Part shown: positions 14,544 to 28,197 of the stretch, piece after piece
How the letters are laid out: every line of letters begins with the position of its first letter
Numbering within the stretch: position 1 is the stretch's first letter
NCBI RefSeq assembly: GCF_009914755.1
Contig: NC_060943.1
Length of the DNA stretch: 64,000 bases
Direction: 5' to 3' (one strand)
Source of the DNA: the human T2T-CHM13v2.0 reference genome, Homo sapiens
Program-made: the position numbers and the translations under genes
The notes under the pieces: generated by a model
What the model was told of the DNA's origin: nothing
Databases searched by the model: none
Seen by the model: only the letters and a program-made list of their open reading frames with translations

Positions 14544-14655
14544 AATGAAGTACCTCTGGACGTCACACATGTGTGTGTTCGCATCATTCGGCCTATGTAG
14601 CCCTGAAATATGGGAGTTACTTCTGAAGTCAGTCCATCTTTATAACCCAAAGAGG
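14544..14655 (+). CDS. DPY19L3: DPY19L3 coding exon 6: MKYLWTSHMCVFAS...YNPKR
   Basis: ttcttgcag|A ... AGG|gtcagt; 112 nt, phase 2-0; conserved (M)RMKYLW..H.C motif. Confidence 0.96.
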
Positions 14656-15230
14656 GTCAGTGTCATCCCTTTTTCCATCTCCTTTTATGACTTGCAGTAT
14701 TTCTTTCATACCACTTCTTTTTTTGTTTTTCAGTAGCTGTGAGATAAAATGGATACTGAAATTGAAGCTGAAAATACATAATTGATATATTAAGATTTTA
14801 TAGGGAATTATTTTAAAATAATTTTATTTTAAAAAATTACTTTTTTCTCAGACTATAAGTTAGATATGTTCATTATACAGAATTTGGAAATACAAAAAAA
14901 AGCACAAAAGGGGAATTAAAATTACCAATAATCCCCTTGTCCGGAATTATAACTGTTGTTATTATAATGTATTTTCATAAAGATAATTATTTATATATGT
15001 ATGACAATTTTTCAGTAGCCTATAAATGCAGTTTTGAATTGTTCTACTCCATAAATTCACTAGGTGGCAATATAGTAGAAGCTGCAGATATCTTACAAAT
15101 GATTAGAATCCTAGTATCGACTCAGTTATTCTGCATATTGGAGACTTGTGCTCCATTAAATTATATTTCTGGTATTTTTTTAAGGCATATATTTACAAAG
15201 CAAAACTGTAAGGCAGAAGTGTTTAAAAAA

Positions 15231-15360
15231 GCCGGGCACAGTGGCTCACTCCTATAATCCTAGCTGCTCAGGAGGCTGAGACAGGAAAATCACTTGAGCC
15301 CAAGAATTCCAGGCCAGCCTAGGCAAACATAGCAAGACCCTGTCTCTCAAAAAAGAAAAG
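15231..15360 (+). mobile_element. Alu monomer (FLAM-like), ~40 nt upstream of exon 7
   Basis: Left arm plus A-rich tail. Confidence 0.85.
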
Positions 15361-15402
15361 GTTCAAAATACTTATAATCTAAATAATGTCTTTCTTATAT
15401 AG

Positions 15403-15459
15403 ATATGTATAATGCGATATTCAGTACCGATATTAATACTGCTGTATCTATGCTATAAG
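15403..15459 (+). CDS. DPY19L3: DPY19L3 coding exon 7: ICIMRYSVPILILLYLCYK
   Basis: ttcttatatag|ATA ... AAG|gtaaga; 57 nt, phase 0-0; last TM-like helix. Confidence 0.93.
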
Positions 15460-16894
15460 GTAAGACTGATTTTCCTCATTCTTGTCATTCATGTATTTAG
15501 CAGAATAATTGCTTTGATTCAATATATTTTGTGTATTATTTGGCAAATAGAGTGGTTTGTGAAGGTTATAAATACCTCCTTAGCTTCTTACTGAAGGTGA
15601 CATTGATGGGAAAATGGATCTTTTTCCCAAATAGTTTTAACAAGTAAAAACATGATAGCGAAAACTACTATAGCATTTAATAATTCTAATTAATTTTGAT
15701 TTAGACTCTTAATATTCAGCTGATGCAAATTCTGAAAATAAGGTGTTTTCAGACCTATTTTGAAATGAAAGTAGGAAAATTATTTTCCCATTACCTGATT
15801 TATATAGACTAAGAGATTTTTAAATGTATCTTACTTTAAGCTCCATATTTTATTAGATGCTTATCTTCATAAGAGAATTAGACACATAAATAAACACAGC
15901 CTAAGGCTAGGCTTTTTAAAATCTGTTCTTCAGTATCAATAGGAAGTATCTGGATTTTTCATATTCTCATTTGACTAGTTTCTGAAACAGCATGAACTGC
16001 CCTTTAATTCAGAGAATTTCTTATCAGAGACAATGATCATTGGTCAGGTTGACTGTGGCTTTTTGTCACATCTTTGACATTGGCAGTCTTGAATCATCAC
16101 TAGGGCAGATAGCACAGACTGTTTTATCCAATTGAGCTTCTGCCCTCTCTTTTTAAAGAACCTAACATATTAAGTTTATATTTTTTTTCCTTTAAATTTT
16201 ACTTTAAGTTAAAACGACGGATTTCAAACTCTACTGTGTAGAACCCCTGATTTGGGAGGGTGGCTAAAAGCAGGGGTGATGGGACCTCCCGCAGAGAGGA
16301 TCAGCTAGAGCAGCTCAGCTTTGGGGTTTATTTGCTTATATTTTCATGTAGGATTTTGTGAACCAAAGGTTTCAGGCTAAAGAAAATATTGCTAAATACT
16401 ATATTGTAAATATTTCAAAAAAATGTGTTCTGTTATGAGCCTGTCTATCAAAACATTTACCATTAGCAAAACTCTGTGCTAACTCCTAGATATTAAAAAA
16501 CACACAAATAGATTTATGCCTCCCCACCTCTGGGAATTTTATTGCTCTAATGCGAATAACTGAAACTTACTAAAAACATCTAGACACGAACAGTTAAGGA
16601 TTAAACAGTATATGTTACTGAGGAGTCCTGTCAGTTTACCTTTACACAATGATTCAGTGGATTAAAGCACCCTCCTCACAGAAAAGATAAAGCTCATGAA
16701 TGTTTTTCTCACCACTGAAGATGTACCGAACAATAACCATCTTTCATACTGCCCGTGTGCATGTAGGTTCAGTTCTTTTATGTCTCAGCTATCTATTGAA
16801 ATTTTACTGATTTTTTTAAGCTATTTGAGGACTGAGGTGTTTTGTTCGTAATAAAATTGAGGAAGGACATTGTATAAGAAGTAAACTGTCCTAG

Positions 16895-17065
16895 GGAGCA
16901 TTGATTCTTGAAGCGTGGTCCTCAGATAAACAGCATCAGCGTCTCTTGGGATCCTGTAAACATGCATGTGTTTGGGTCCCACTCCAGACCTACCGAATCA
17001 GAAGCCTGGGAGTCCAGTACAGAAATATGCATTTAACCAGCCCCCCAGTTTTAAGAACCCCCTGC
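16895..17065. mobile_element. MER5A-like hAT element
   Basis: gtggtcc...cagcatcagc...cccactccagacctaccgaatcagaa...tgcatttaac. Confidence 0.65.
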
Positions 17066-17076
17066 TGTAGCGGTCA

Positions 17077-17308
17077 CAGGGTTTCTCAGCAGTGGCACAT
17101 TGACACTTGGGCCAGAGAATTCTTTGCCGCTGGGGGCGGGGGCGGTCCTGTGTGCTGTAGGCTGCTCTGCGGCAGCTTCAGCCTCTGCCCGCTCATTGAA
17201 GCACCTCTCCCCTGGCTACAACCAAAAATGTCACCAGACATTGCCAAATGCCCTGGGGCTGGGGCTAGGGGCACAATGTCTCCCCTTACTCATCTTGAAA
17301 ACCACTGC
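17077..17308. mobile_element. MER20 hAT element
   Basis: ggtttctca...acaaccaaaaatgtcaccagacattgccaaatg...gaaaaccactg. Confidence 0.8.
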
Positions 17309-18769
17309 TATAAAAGAACTGGGACAGCTAAAGAAGCCATCATCTCCAGGAAATCCTGTTGCAGGTTTTCCCTGAATAAGGGAGTTAGTATCCTGAGGAA
17401 TCCTCCAAAAGACTGTTGGCCTAGTCTCTCTTGATACAGGAGTTTAGGAGAAATCCTAATGCATTCAGCTTTCACTGTATAAAATAGTTCAGATATTTCA
17501 TCTCCACAAAACTTACATAAAATCACAGAGAAAATTAAGATGGTATGGGTATGAGGGGTTACCCTGAAACTGAATCTGTTTTCCAACTATTCCAGCTCTT
17601 ACAGACTTACCTGTAAGTAATGTGAATTCATATATTTCAAAGCCTGATTTCAGTTTTACATTGCAATTGTAGTTAGAGTTTCAAAATTTCTTGTTCATAC
17701 TACCAATTTTGCTGTATTTCTCTTTAGTATAAGCATATTAAAAGGGAAAAAAGCATGTACTAGCCTGCACTCCGAAGTCAAGACTTTAGTAAAATTAGGA
17801 CGTTGGTCTTGATTAACTTAATTGGATTGCTGAAATCTCTACTGCTGATTGGTAAAAACGGCAGTTAGTTAATTCAGCACTTTCATATTGTTAAAGGAGT
17901 TTGCCGCAAAATTCTCACTAGCTTTTAACATTTTCAGAATTAATAACAGTAACTTTCAAACTAGAAAAATATCTAATATTCATTGAGTTCACAGATTTCA
18001 AATATGTTTATACTGTAAGAATTAGAGCATTTCATTAAAAAGTTGGTATTCTATTGGTTATCAAATTAGTAAGGAAACATAGATCATTGAAATATTACAA
18101 AGGCATCATTTAATCAGTAATTTTTACTACATCTCTTCCAAAAACTAGAACCAGAAGTCCTGACACCTGATTTCCCATCACTAGCAATTTTCCTGATTCA
18201 CCCACCCAGGAGACAAGATTTGAATGAGCAGTAAAAATGGCCAAAGATGAGATGACCAAAAAAACAGTGATAGGTCTCAAACACAGCCAGAGATCAATCA
18301 GGTGCTGCTTTGATTCTACTAGTGGTTCTTAAATAAAAGTATTATATTTTCTACGTCAGTGGAGCATACATACATTGTCATTGGTCTTCTATGCTAATAT
18401 GTGAAGTGAATTCTACCTTTGACCTTAGAATGTATATAGATATGATCAAGTCTTTTTAGTCAACTGTCATTTGATAAAAACAATTAAGATTTAGTTAATT
18501 GTTGAATTAAATGGACTTAAGATATTAGATAAGTGGGTAATTCAGAGAGTAATTTTTACATTTTATTTAGAAAACCTTAAGTACTCAAGTTGACCAGGAG
18601 GCACCAAGTGGTATAAATACAGCCAGATGTACCAGATATTCCTGGAGAGCCCTACATTTAAATATTATTCTCTTTCATTGTACCAGCAATTATATTAATA
18701 TATGTCAAACCATTTGACCAGATTTCTAGTACAAAAATACAATCATGCTATTTTGAAATGAAAAGGGGG

Positions 18770-18960
18770 CTGGATTTGGAGCCAGGGTCCAGGTTGTAGC
18801 TCTGCCGCTTGTGACTTGGTCAAGTCAGATACCTCTCTGAGCCTCAGTTTCCACACTTCTAAATGAAAAATAAATCCCAGTGGGTGATGCTGCCTGTTGC
18901 GTCATCCATGTCATGGGTTATTGTGAGGATAAAACAATGCCGTATTCTAAAGCATTTTTG
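18770..18960 (+). mobile_element. MIR
   Basis: tgtgacttggtcaagtca...ctctctgagcctcagtttcc. Confidence 0.75.
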
Positions 18961-19405
18961 CAGCAGTAAAATGGCTCTGTCTTCTACAGGATACATTCTA
19001 CTTTTAGGGGTAAATTGCATGGTATTAGTTAATTACATATTCCTAACGGATTGTGAACTTTCTCATGGTTGGCATTCTTGTCATGTCAAAATAATGTTTT
19101 GCCAGGTATTATCATCACATACAATAGCATTTCTATTGGAGCAAAATAAAAAGCTCATTTTTTAAAGTTGGCGATACCTCACATCCTAATTAGCTTCAGC
19201 TGAAGATAATTTCAGAAACTTTCCAGGCGCTAGTTCCCTTGTATTAGGAGGGTTGCTGCAGAGGTGAAATAGTTGTATATTCCAGTAGCTATGTTTATTT
19301 AGTTCACACATTATATGCAGTTTATCTTTTTTTCATTTAATCTTAGTGATAGTTGTGGGTGTAGGGGTGGATTTTGTTTTTGTTTTGTTTTGTTTTTAAT
19401 TTCAG

Positions 19406-19488
19406 TTCTGGCCAGGAATGATGGATGAACTCTCCGAGTTGAGAGAATTCTATGATCCAGATACAGTGGAGCTGATGAACTGGATTAA
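19406..19488 (+). CDS. DPY19L3: DPY19L3 coding exon 8: [27 protein letters not shown](N)
   Basis: aatttcag|TTC ... AA|gtaaga; 83 nt, phase 0-2; EF.DPDT.ELM.WI motif. Confidence 0.96.
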
Positions 19489-19889
19489 GTAAGAGGATTT
19501 TTTTTAACTTTTAAAATTTTAAGTGCCTTTTAAGAGTCACTATAGACCACATTTCGTTTTGGGGGTTTTTTGTTTGTTTCTGAATCTAATTACGAAGAAA
19601 CATTCGTCCTTACTAGATTTTTCTTTAAAACTCCATATTTGAAAATAATGTCTTTCTATTTAAGAAATATTCTCTCCAGCTATATCTCATGAAGAAAGGA
19701 AAATACCCATTTGGAGAGGAAAACCGATTCAATAAATAAATTTCAAACCACTGACAGAAATGGCAATAAAAGTTTATAATATCTGTTGAAACTTAAAATT
19801 TGATGTCTCTGCCAATTTTATGTTTATTATTTTCATTTTAATACCATTCTGATTTTCCACTAATGGTGACACTTGAAAGTATTCTTTCT

Positions 19890-20200
19890 GGCCGGGCTCA
19901 ATGGCTCACGCCTGTAATCCCAGCACTTTGGGAGGCTGAGGTGGGCTGATCACCCGAGGTCAGGAGTTCAAGACTAGCCTGGCCAACATGATGAAACCCC
20001 GTCTGTCTCTACTAAAAATACAAAAATTAGCCAGGCATGGTGGCAGGTGCCTCCTAGCTACTCAGGAGGCTGAGGCAGGAAAATCACTTGAACTCGGGAG
20101 GTAGAGGTTGCAGTGAGTCAAGATCGCGCTACTACACTTCATCCTGGGCGACAGAGCAAGACTCTCTCTAAAAAAAAAAAAAAAGAAAGAAAAAAGAAAA
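19890..20200 (+). mobile_element. Alu (AluSx-like)
   Basis: Full length; TSD-like aa(g/a)tattctttc. Confidence 0.93.
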
Positions 20201-23200
20201 AATATTCTTTCCTTGTTTTTTAAATTATACTGTAAACTCCAGTTAAGTAGAGGCTCATGACAGCTCAGTGCGGATTTCATGTTAACTCATCATATTGCCA
20301 AAGCCTAGGACCAGAGAAAATTTTAGATACAAAACCTGGAACTTTCCGTCTTGAATATCATAATGCTTTAGTGTCCTATTGGCTCTTATTTCTGCCGGCA
20401 CTTTGTTGTTTTGCCTCAGCATTCAGCATCAGAATGAAATTTGTGTATTTCAAAGCTTTATTAACAAAACCTGCCTCCCACCAGCAAAAATAAACTTTTC
20501 TACCCAGAGCACCATTCCTATGCCCTGGAACACTGTATTTCCCTACTTTTAACCAGAAAGCAGCAGTGTAATTATTCACATGTAAATAGAGGCTGTGCAT
20601 CACATGTGGTGCCTTCTGAAAGCATTGGCTGGATTGTGTGCGTCCCATGGCTAATGCTTACTCACCAGTACAGGTCAGCCCTGCGTGTCTGCAGAGATGG
20701 TCAGTGCTTGACAGCTGAGGCCTCCCTAGGGCAACGCATGGATCTCATAGAGATTTGTCTAAAACATACACATGGCTTTGGTCCTAATGTCGGACTGGGT
20801 TTGACTAGATGCAGTGAGTATAATTTTTCACATATTTCTGGTGCTGAGAGCACTAAGCGTTGCTTTGTCTTTATTTAATTTTAAATCATGCCAGACGATT
20901 ACAGAGTAAATAATTCCTTCAGTATTTATTATGTACAAGGAAAGAGAGTTATTCGTGTAAAGGAAAGCTAATTACTTTTGCATTAACTATAGTCAGCTGG
21001 AAATTTATGACGTACATCTGAAGTTGAGGCTGATATTTTCTGTTTTCAGGACTATGCTGTTGAAATCAATGCTGAGGACCCCTGCTTTCTGGTAGCATGC
21101 TGAAGGTGGTGGGTCTTCCGGATCTCCTTAGATTAGCACCATAAACACCCCAGTCTTTCAGGAATTAATTATAAAGTCATTAAAAATGTATTCTAGCAGA
21201 GCCCCAGGTTATCTTCGGCAGTCTCAGACTAGGTATATTTATTTGTAGTGCCTTTATTTTTATGCTTTTCCCCACAGAAAATTAAAATAACATTTCTGGC
21301 TCTGAAAAACTGGATGAGAGATGATTCCAGGTGTAAAGAAGAGAATACAAGTGTCCTATTTCCCTCGTTTGGGAGGTGATGTTCACTCCTCAGACCCTCC
21401 TTTTGCTAACAGCTCGTCTCCCTGTAGTGCTTTTGTAGTAGACATATTCCTTTGGCTTTTTTTTTTTTTTTTTTTTTTTGTAATTCTCAGCAACTGAAGG
21501 ATTTGCCTTGTTCCAAAAAATTTGTTCTATTGTGATCTAGTCTCAGCTTTTTCCCCTAAAATTCTTCAAATCTAAATAATATTTTTGTAAAACTAGCTGC
21601 TTGGTATGTTTGCAAAATAAGCATAAGTGGTGATGAATGTATGCCAAAATAGGGTCTATGTAGACATCAAATATGTTTGTTTAAATCAACACTCAAATCC
21701 ACACTGGCCTGTAGGTGTGGATTCCAAACTCAAGTGACTGCCTTAATATTCTTTTAATCTGCCCTGATTTCTTCTGTTTTTGAAACGTAAAATATGACCT
21801 TCAAGTTTCACCTCACTGCTTTGATTAGTCACACGGTATCCATGTTATTAGCAAGTATGAGTTGTGCTGGAGAAAAGGCTGCGGCCTAAGGACTCTTTCA
21901 GACGCATGGGCTGTGTCTGAAAGAGTCCCAAGACGCCTGGCAGAGAACCAGCACTGTCCCTGAGGGCTGCCTCTGTCCTCCCCAGCCTGTCTTCCTGTCT
22001 GCCCTGTTCCCAGACAGTCAAAGCAGACACACTCAAATGTCTGTCTTCTGCCCATGCAATCATCACGGCATCTATCGGACAGGGGCACAGCCTCCATTAG
22101 GGGAGGGATGGCTGTCCTTGGGATGAATCACAACTAGAGAAATAGTGGCCTGTGGAAACCCTGGGGACACCTCAAGTGACCCTCCATTTTGGCACAGGGC
22201 ACCCCTTACGTGACGTGTTGAAAAGAAGCTTATCCATCCTCTTCATCACTCACACACCTGGAAGTGTCCCGCCCCGTGTCCTTGCTGCTGGAGTAAGCCA
22301 CACCCCACATGAGGCATTACGTTGTGCTCCTGGACACAGGGCTTCCGCTTGGAGATTCAGGCTTTCCAAGTATTCTCAGAGGGCTTCTCTGCTTTAAGGG
22401 TAAATTGAAAGATGTGGTTGCCTCAGTGGGAGTTGGTTCTTTTCTTTTTTATAGGCTGAAGAGATATCCTCAAGGGAAAATAAAGGGCCTTACCTGAGGG
22501 TGACACTTAACATGAGAAGGGTCATACCCAAGGGATTGGATTCCTGTGAAGACTCTTAAAGCCTTAACTAATTTATAAAGTTATTTCACATCTGAAGTTG
22601 TGCACTTATTAATATAGTTCAGCAGATGTTCATCGAGCCCCAGCTGTGTATGGGCACCGTGTGAAGTGTGTGGATGCAGGTGGCGCTCCACTGCAGCTGC
22701 CTTTCACTGGAGTAACCGCTGGGCCTCGCCTCAGCACAATTGCCCTCATTCTTTTCTCCCGAATTCTCACCCTCGACTCCATTTTAAGATCTTCAGTGGC
22801 TTAGCAAGTTCAGTGGGAAAGTTTTTTTTAGAATTCTAATTTTTAGTAATAGAAAATGTTTTATGCTTTCCTATCTTTAGCTCCTAAAAGGAGTAGAGAT
22901 TGAAGCTTCAGTATGAAACCAACAGTGTTTAGGGATTAAGTTGCTCTTTTTTACAAGGATGGTGTGACATTTGACATGTTGTTAAAGTCAGGGCCCCAGG
23001 CTGCGGTAGCCCCAGCCGCCTTCCCTAAGAGCTGGGAGGCATGTCCAGCCTTCCACACCCCAGCCTTTGTGCATTCACCTGCCTGCTGCTCTCCACGCTA
23101 CACCGATGCATTGCATGCCTTGTTTTCAAGCAGAATTAAATGCATATATTCATATTTACCCTTCTCTGCTGATAAGGTTTCCTGGATACAAAGATTAAAA

Positions 23201-24480
23201 ACTTGGATTTTTTTTTTTTTTTTGCCTTCTGGTGTCTCTTTCAGCAAAAGTCAGGCGGTAGTTTTAAAGGTTTTCTGTGCAATTAGAAAGCACGTTTACC
23301 TCAGCAAGGCTGAATGCAACCACAATCTGTGGTTTCTACCTTGTTCCTTTGTGTCCTTGAATGTTTCATTTTTCGTTCCTGAAAATTTTCTTCTGACATT
23401 TTGCAAATAAGATAGGCATATCTATATATTTGCATATTTTGAGGGATGACATTTTAGCTACTTCACTTTAGGAGATTTTCACTGGAAATAGTCTCTTTCC
23501 AGTAATGAAACCCGTGTGTGCAGTATTTTCTCAATGGGTCTGAAAAAATGGACCAACTTTCTTTCACATTTAACCAAAGCAGAAAGTTCGTGTATATTTT
23601 AAATATGATGTAGGCTAAGTTCAGACCTTAAATGCCTATAAGCCTCTTTTCTATTTAATGAATCATTTTGTAGTATTTGCATAATTCTATAAATTTTTGA
23701 AGTGTAGATAAAGCAAATGTTCACACATTATATTATAATGCTCAGTTTCCCCATTAGTTCAACAGCAATTAACTTGTTGAAGCTTAGAGCTTCAAAAATA
23801 AATGAGATTATTTGTTCAAAATGCCATCAGGTCTTCCTGGAATGACATTTAAATTATATAATGTAAATCCATTTGACCTGTGAGTCCTTGTCATTATTTA
23901 GTGACATTTCTTACAGAACAAATTGTGTGCAGGTTGGGCAGCCTGCTATGGAGCTTGGCAGAGAGCTATAAAAACAAATTATCCTTTCATTTTATACATC
24001 ATTTGTTCAAACATTTGTAAAAATTGCTTTGTTTTTCTATAATAGAGAAATGTCATTCAGTGGTTAAAAGCACATTAGCTATTTTAGATACAGACCACAG
24101 ACTGTATCAGGCAAGAGTGTCTGTGAAGGAAGAGCACCCAGCATTATGTCCATCACTGTGCATGTTTTCAGCTAAGGACAACGGATCCCTTCTCCCTTTG
24201 CCTGCTAAATTTACCACAAAATAGAAAGGACAGTGAATATAAGTATCTTTTTAAGTTTAGAAATGTGTGATTGTTTGTTTCTCATTTTGTTCCACTTTGC
24301 TTGTAGCTTTTCCTTTGGCATTTGCCTTACGGGTAGAGTGAAGTATTGGAAGTAGCAGTGATATTTCCCAGGTTTACCACGGAGCTGGCGTATGAGACAA
24401 AGCCACATGGCATGGAGGGAAGAAGCATCATCCCTACTGTCCTCAGAAGTCAGTCATTTTCAAATAAGTGTTATTTTTGG

Positions 24481-24777
<297 letters not shown>

Positions 24778-25261
24778 AGAAGTATTATTTTTAATTCATC
24801 TTATAGGCATGAGGATATGTGTATTTTACTGCTTTAAAATAAAGCCAAGTCCTCAGTGAAAGAGTATGTTAACAATCCAGATGATTGTGGCACTAACACA
24901 TTAAATAGATTACACTTCTTTTAAACTTTCTGACTTTTTGCTAATAAGGCCAGACATTAAGACAGTCACAACTTAATGAGCTTCATTCCATTTTTTCTTT
25001 CATTCCCCTGAGCAGCCATGTGTCACTCGCTCTGCTGGTGATGGCCCTGCTGCTGCCTTGGGGCTGCACCTGCTAGGGGCCGGGGATGGGAGCCACTCAA
25101 GAGCTCTTAGAGCCTGCTGAGGAGAGAGCATCTTCAGTGACTGCTGTTTCATTTCCAGCTTAGCTGAAGGCTTGCAGTAAGCATTAGTAAATACGTGATA
25201 CACTAGGCTCACTACAGCACTGGGTTATTTTGAAGTGTTTGTCTGTAATGGGAGCTGTTAA

Positions 25262-25564
<303 letters not shown>

Positions 25565-27955
25565 TAAGTAAGCTTCTTGAAGACAGGTTGTCATACCATG
25601 TTTGCCAGCCCAGCACGTAATAGACCCTCAGCAATATTTTTTGAATAAAGAACGTTATAACTCCCTAGAGGGCAGTTTAGGACTTTGGGCATTTAAGCCT
25701 TTGTGAACTCTGTAATTCATCCAAGGGCTATGATTATAGTCCAGGAGGCAGGCTGAAACCTTAATCATTAGCTGTGGCTGGATAACAAGGCCTGTCATCT
25801 CTGCTGTAATTATAAACTGCATGCTACTATAGCTTTGTGCATCTTCTTGGTGCTGAAGCTGCACAGAGATTCCTATTATACATTCAAAACGGTGATGGTG
25901 AGATAGTCTTGTGATTGGAATGGATGTTGGAAGCTCAGCTGCCGGGTTCGTCTTTTGTGTAGAAGGCCAGCTTGGCACTGTTCAGGCAGTGAGACTACAA
26001 ACCAGGATCATTCGCCTCTGATAGCTCTCGCCTCCACCTCCTGCTCTGCCAGGCGTGGAAACCAGACTCATCATGTTCTCTCTGCATCCTAAATCTGTCT
26101 AGTTCAGAGGACCAAAGACAGCCACTTTTTGGCATGGGTGTGTCAAGTTATCGTATCGTTGATTGCTGTGGAATGGCTCATGCCAGTTGAGAGTATTCAA
26201 AGGAAAGAAGCCTGGCTTGGAAAAATGGTGGCACTTTAAAAAACTAATATTTGTTCATACTTGTTTCCTTTAGCAATTACACTCTAGGTAAGGGTAGCAC
26301 AGTACACAAGGCCCAGAGTAAGTGTTTAGTAAGTGTCAGTTGAATTAAACTGAATTTCAGTAAAACCTTTCACTAAGGAATTCTGTGCACCTTCACGTTT
26401 TCATTGAAACCCTCTTATTCCTCTGACCATGTGGGACAGAATGTGAGAGAGTCCCTGTAAATTGTTGATACGGGGAACAGAGCTAACATCTATTTGTTCT
26501 TGTTCCTGGGTCTGTCAGAATGACAAGCTCTCAAGTGCAGCCAAGCTCATGTGAAACTTTTTTCCTGCTGGAATCTGCATTCTAGACTCTGGCATGGGAG
26601 AGGGGATGCATATTATGTGTCATTATGTATGCTCATTGTCATTCCAGCCACTTTTTTTCCTCACTTAAGAACGCTTATTGGAATGCAAGTGAATGAGAGT
26701 GTCATTGTTAGAAAGAAAATCTTGAATTTTTCAAAAGTAAACTATTTGTAAATGTCACAACTTGAATTGTGGGATGTCTTGCTTGTAGACATCCAAGGCC
26801 TCTGTTGGATGGCATTCACGCTGGAGTCTTAGCGCTGAGTTGGAATAAATAAAACATCCTGGTGGGATGTATGAATGTGATGAGGCTTCTCTTAGAAACC
26901 GCAGCACCAGAGCTAGTTGCGTGCCCTGCTCCAAAACCATGGAGAACAGCCTGCCATGGCTTTTTCTGCAGAGGATGTTGAATTTTAATGATTTTAAATA
27001 AACTCCTCATAACCATCTTCCTCATTTTAGTTCAGTCCAGCAGGCACAGACTCCTCTCAATGCAAGAAGGATAAACGCAGCCCGCAGTGTCCTCAGTGGG
27101 CCTCTGTGGGAAATTCTGCACTCAGGAGAATCCCCAGAAGAGAGCTCTTAGGGCCTCCTGAGAAATTAACTCCTTGACCGCTTACAAGTGACTCTCAGGT
27201 TTCCAAAAAAAAAAAAAAAAAAAAGAGGAAAGGAATTAAATCAGCTACTAAGATTCCTTTTTTCCAGGGAGGAAAAAGGAAAAATGCTTTTCCTATATTC
27301 TGGGAGTCTTTTCTTGGTCCCTAGTCCCTGCCCCTCACACCCCTGGAAGACAGAAAATCGTAGCGTGGTGGGAACTGGAAAGTGAGTTTGTGCCTTAGTA
27401 TTAGGGTGCCCCGTGTTCCTTAAACTGCATATAGTTTCTCATAATCAGGACCAAAGGTATATGTAAAATAATTGCGTTTTCACATCAGAAGTATTTGTGT
27501 ATCCCCCATATTAAGTAATAAGATATTGGCTATTTCAGAATCTTGTTTCCATGTTTTGTTGTTGTTGTTGTTGTTAATTCTGTTTTTATTTATGGTGGTA
27601 TCTGTGATTTTTTTCCTTATTGCTTTTTTAAGCAAAAACCCTTGGAACTGACTCATGATCACCTGCAGTTTCTGGCTTGATGATTTGTTACATGTTGCTC
27701 TAGGTAGCTCTTTTGTTAAGTTCAATACGCAAAGCAGTGGCAGTCTTTTAGGTTATTTTTGTTAGACTCTGCCCCTCTGGAACAATAGCAGGAGAGGATT
27801 GTGGGTCTTGGCCTAGAAGCCTGGACTCAAGAGCTACACTGCCTGCCTTCTAAGACAATTCCTTATAAAAGTAAACCTAGCAAAACAGTAAGAAGTTTCC
27901 CCACCGTTATTCTGGTGAACAGTCAAAATCATACAAAACATTGTTGTAAAAAACA

Positions 27956-28033
27956 TGGGGCTGGTGCAAAAGTAATTGAGGTTTTTGCCATTGAAAGTAA
28001 TGGCAAAAACCGCAATTACTTTTGCACTCAATA
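27956..28033. mobile_element. MADE1 (Hsmar1-derived MITE)
   Basis: ~80 bp palindrome ggtgcaaaagtaattg.ggtttttgccatt-gaaagt-aatggcaaaaaccgcaattacttttgcac. Confidence 0.92.
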
Positions 28034-28197
28034 GTTTGAGTACAAATCAAAACCGAAGCAAACTCCCGTTTTTTTTCCCTGACTCGTAACACTTGGTAAC
28101 ATAGCTGGATTCTTCTGAAAAAGTTTGATATTGTCTTCTTTGTTGTCTTTAAGGATCTCTTAACAGTGGGGTTAATTCAGACTCTAAAATCTTTCAG

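Noticed and set aside
17132-17270. G-rich runs as G-quadruplex candidates (also ~31413 and ~40716)
   Set aside because: Fewer than four G3 runs with short loops.
16901-17434. Longest ORF in the track (177 aa)
   Set aside because: TTG start; runs through MER5A and MER20 transposons; no recognisable domain.
21457-21479. Isolated poly-T (and poly-A at ~27204-27224) as possible retrocopy tails
   Set aside because: I could not find TSDs or a bounded body; treated as mononucleotide microsatellites.
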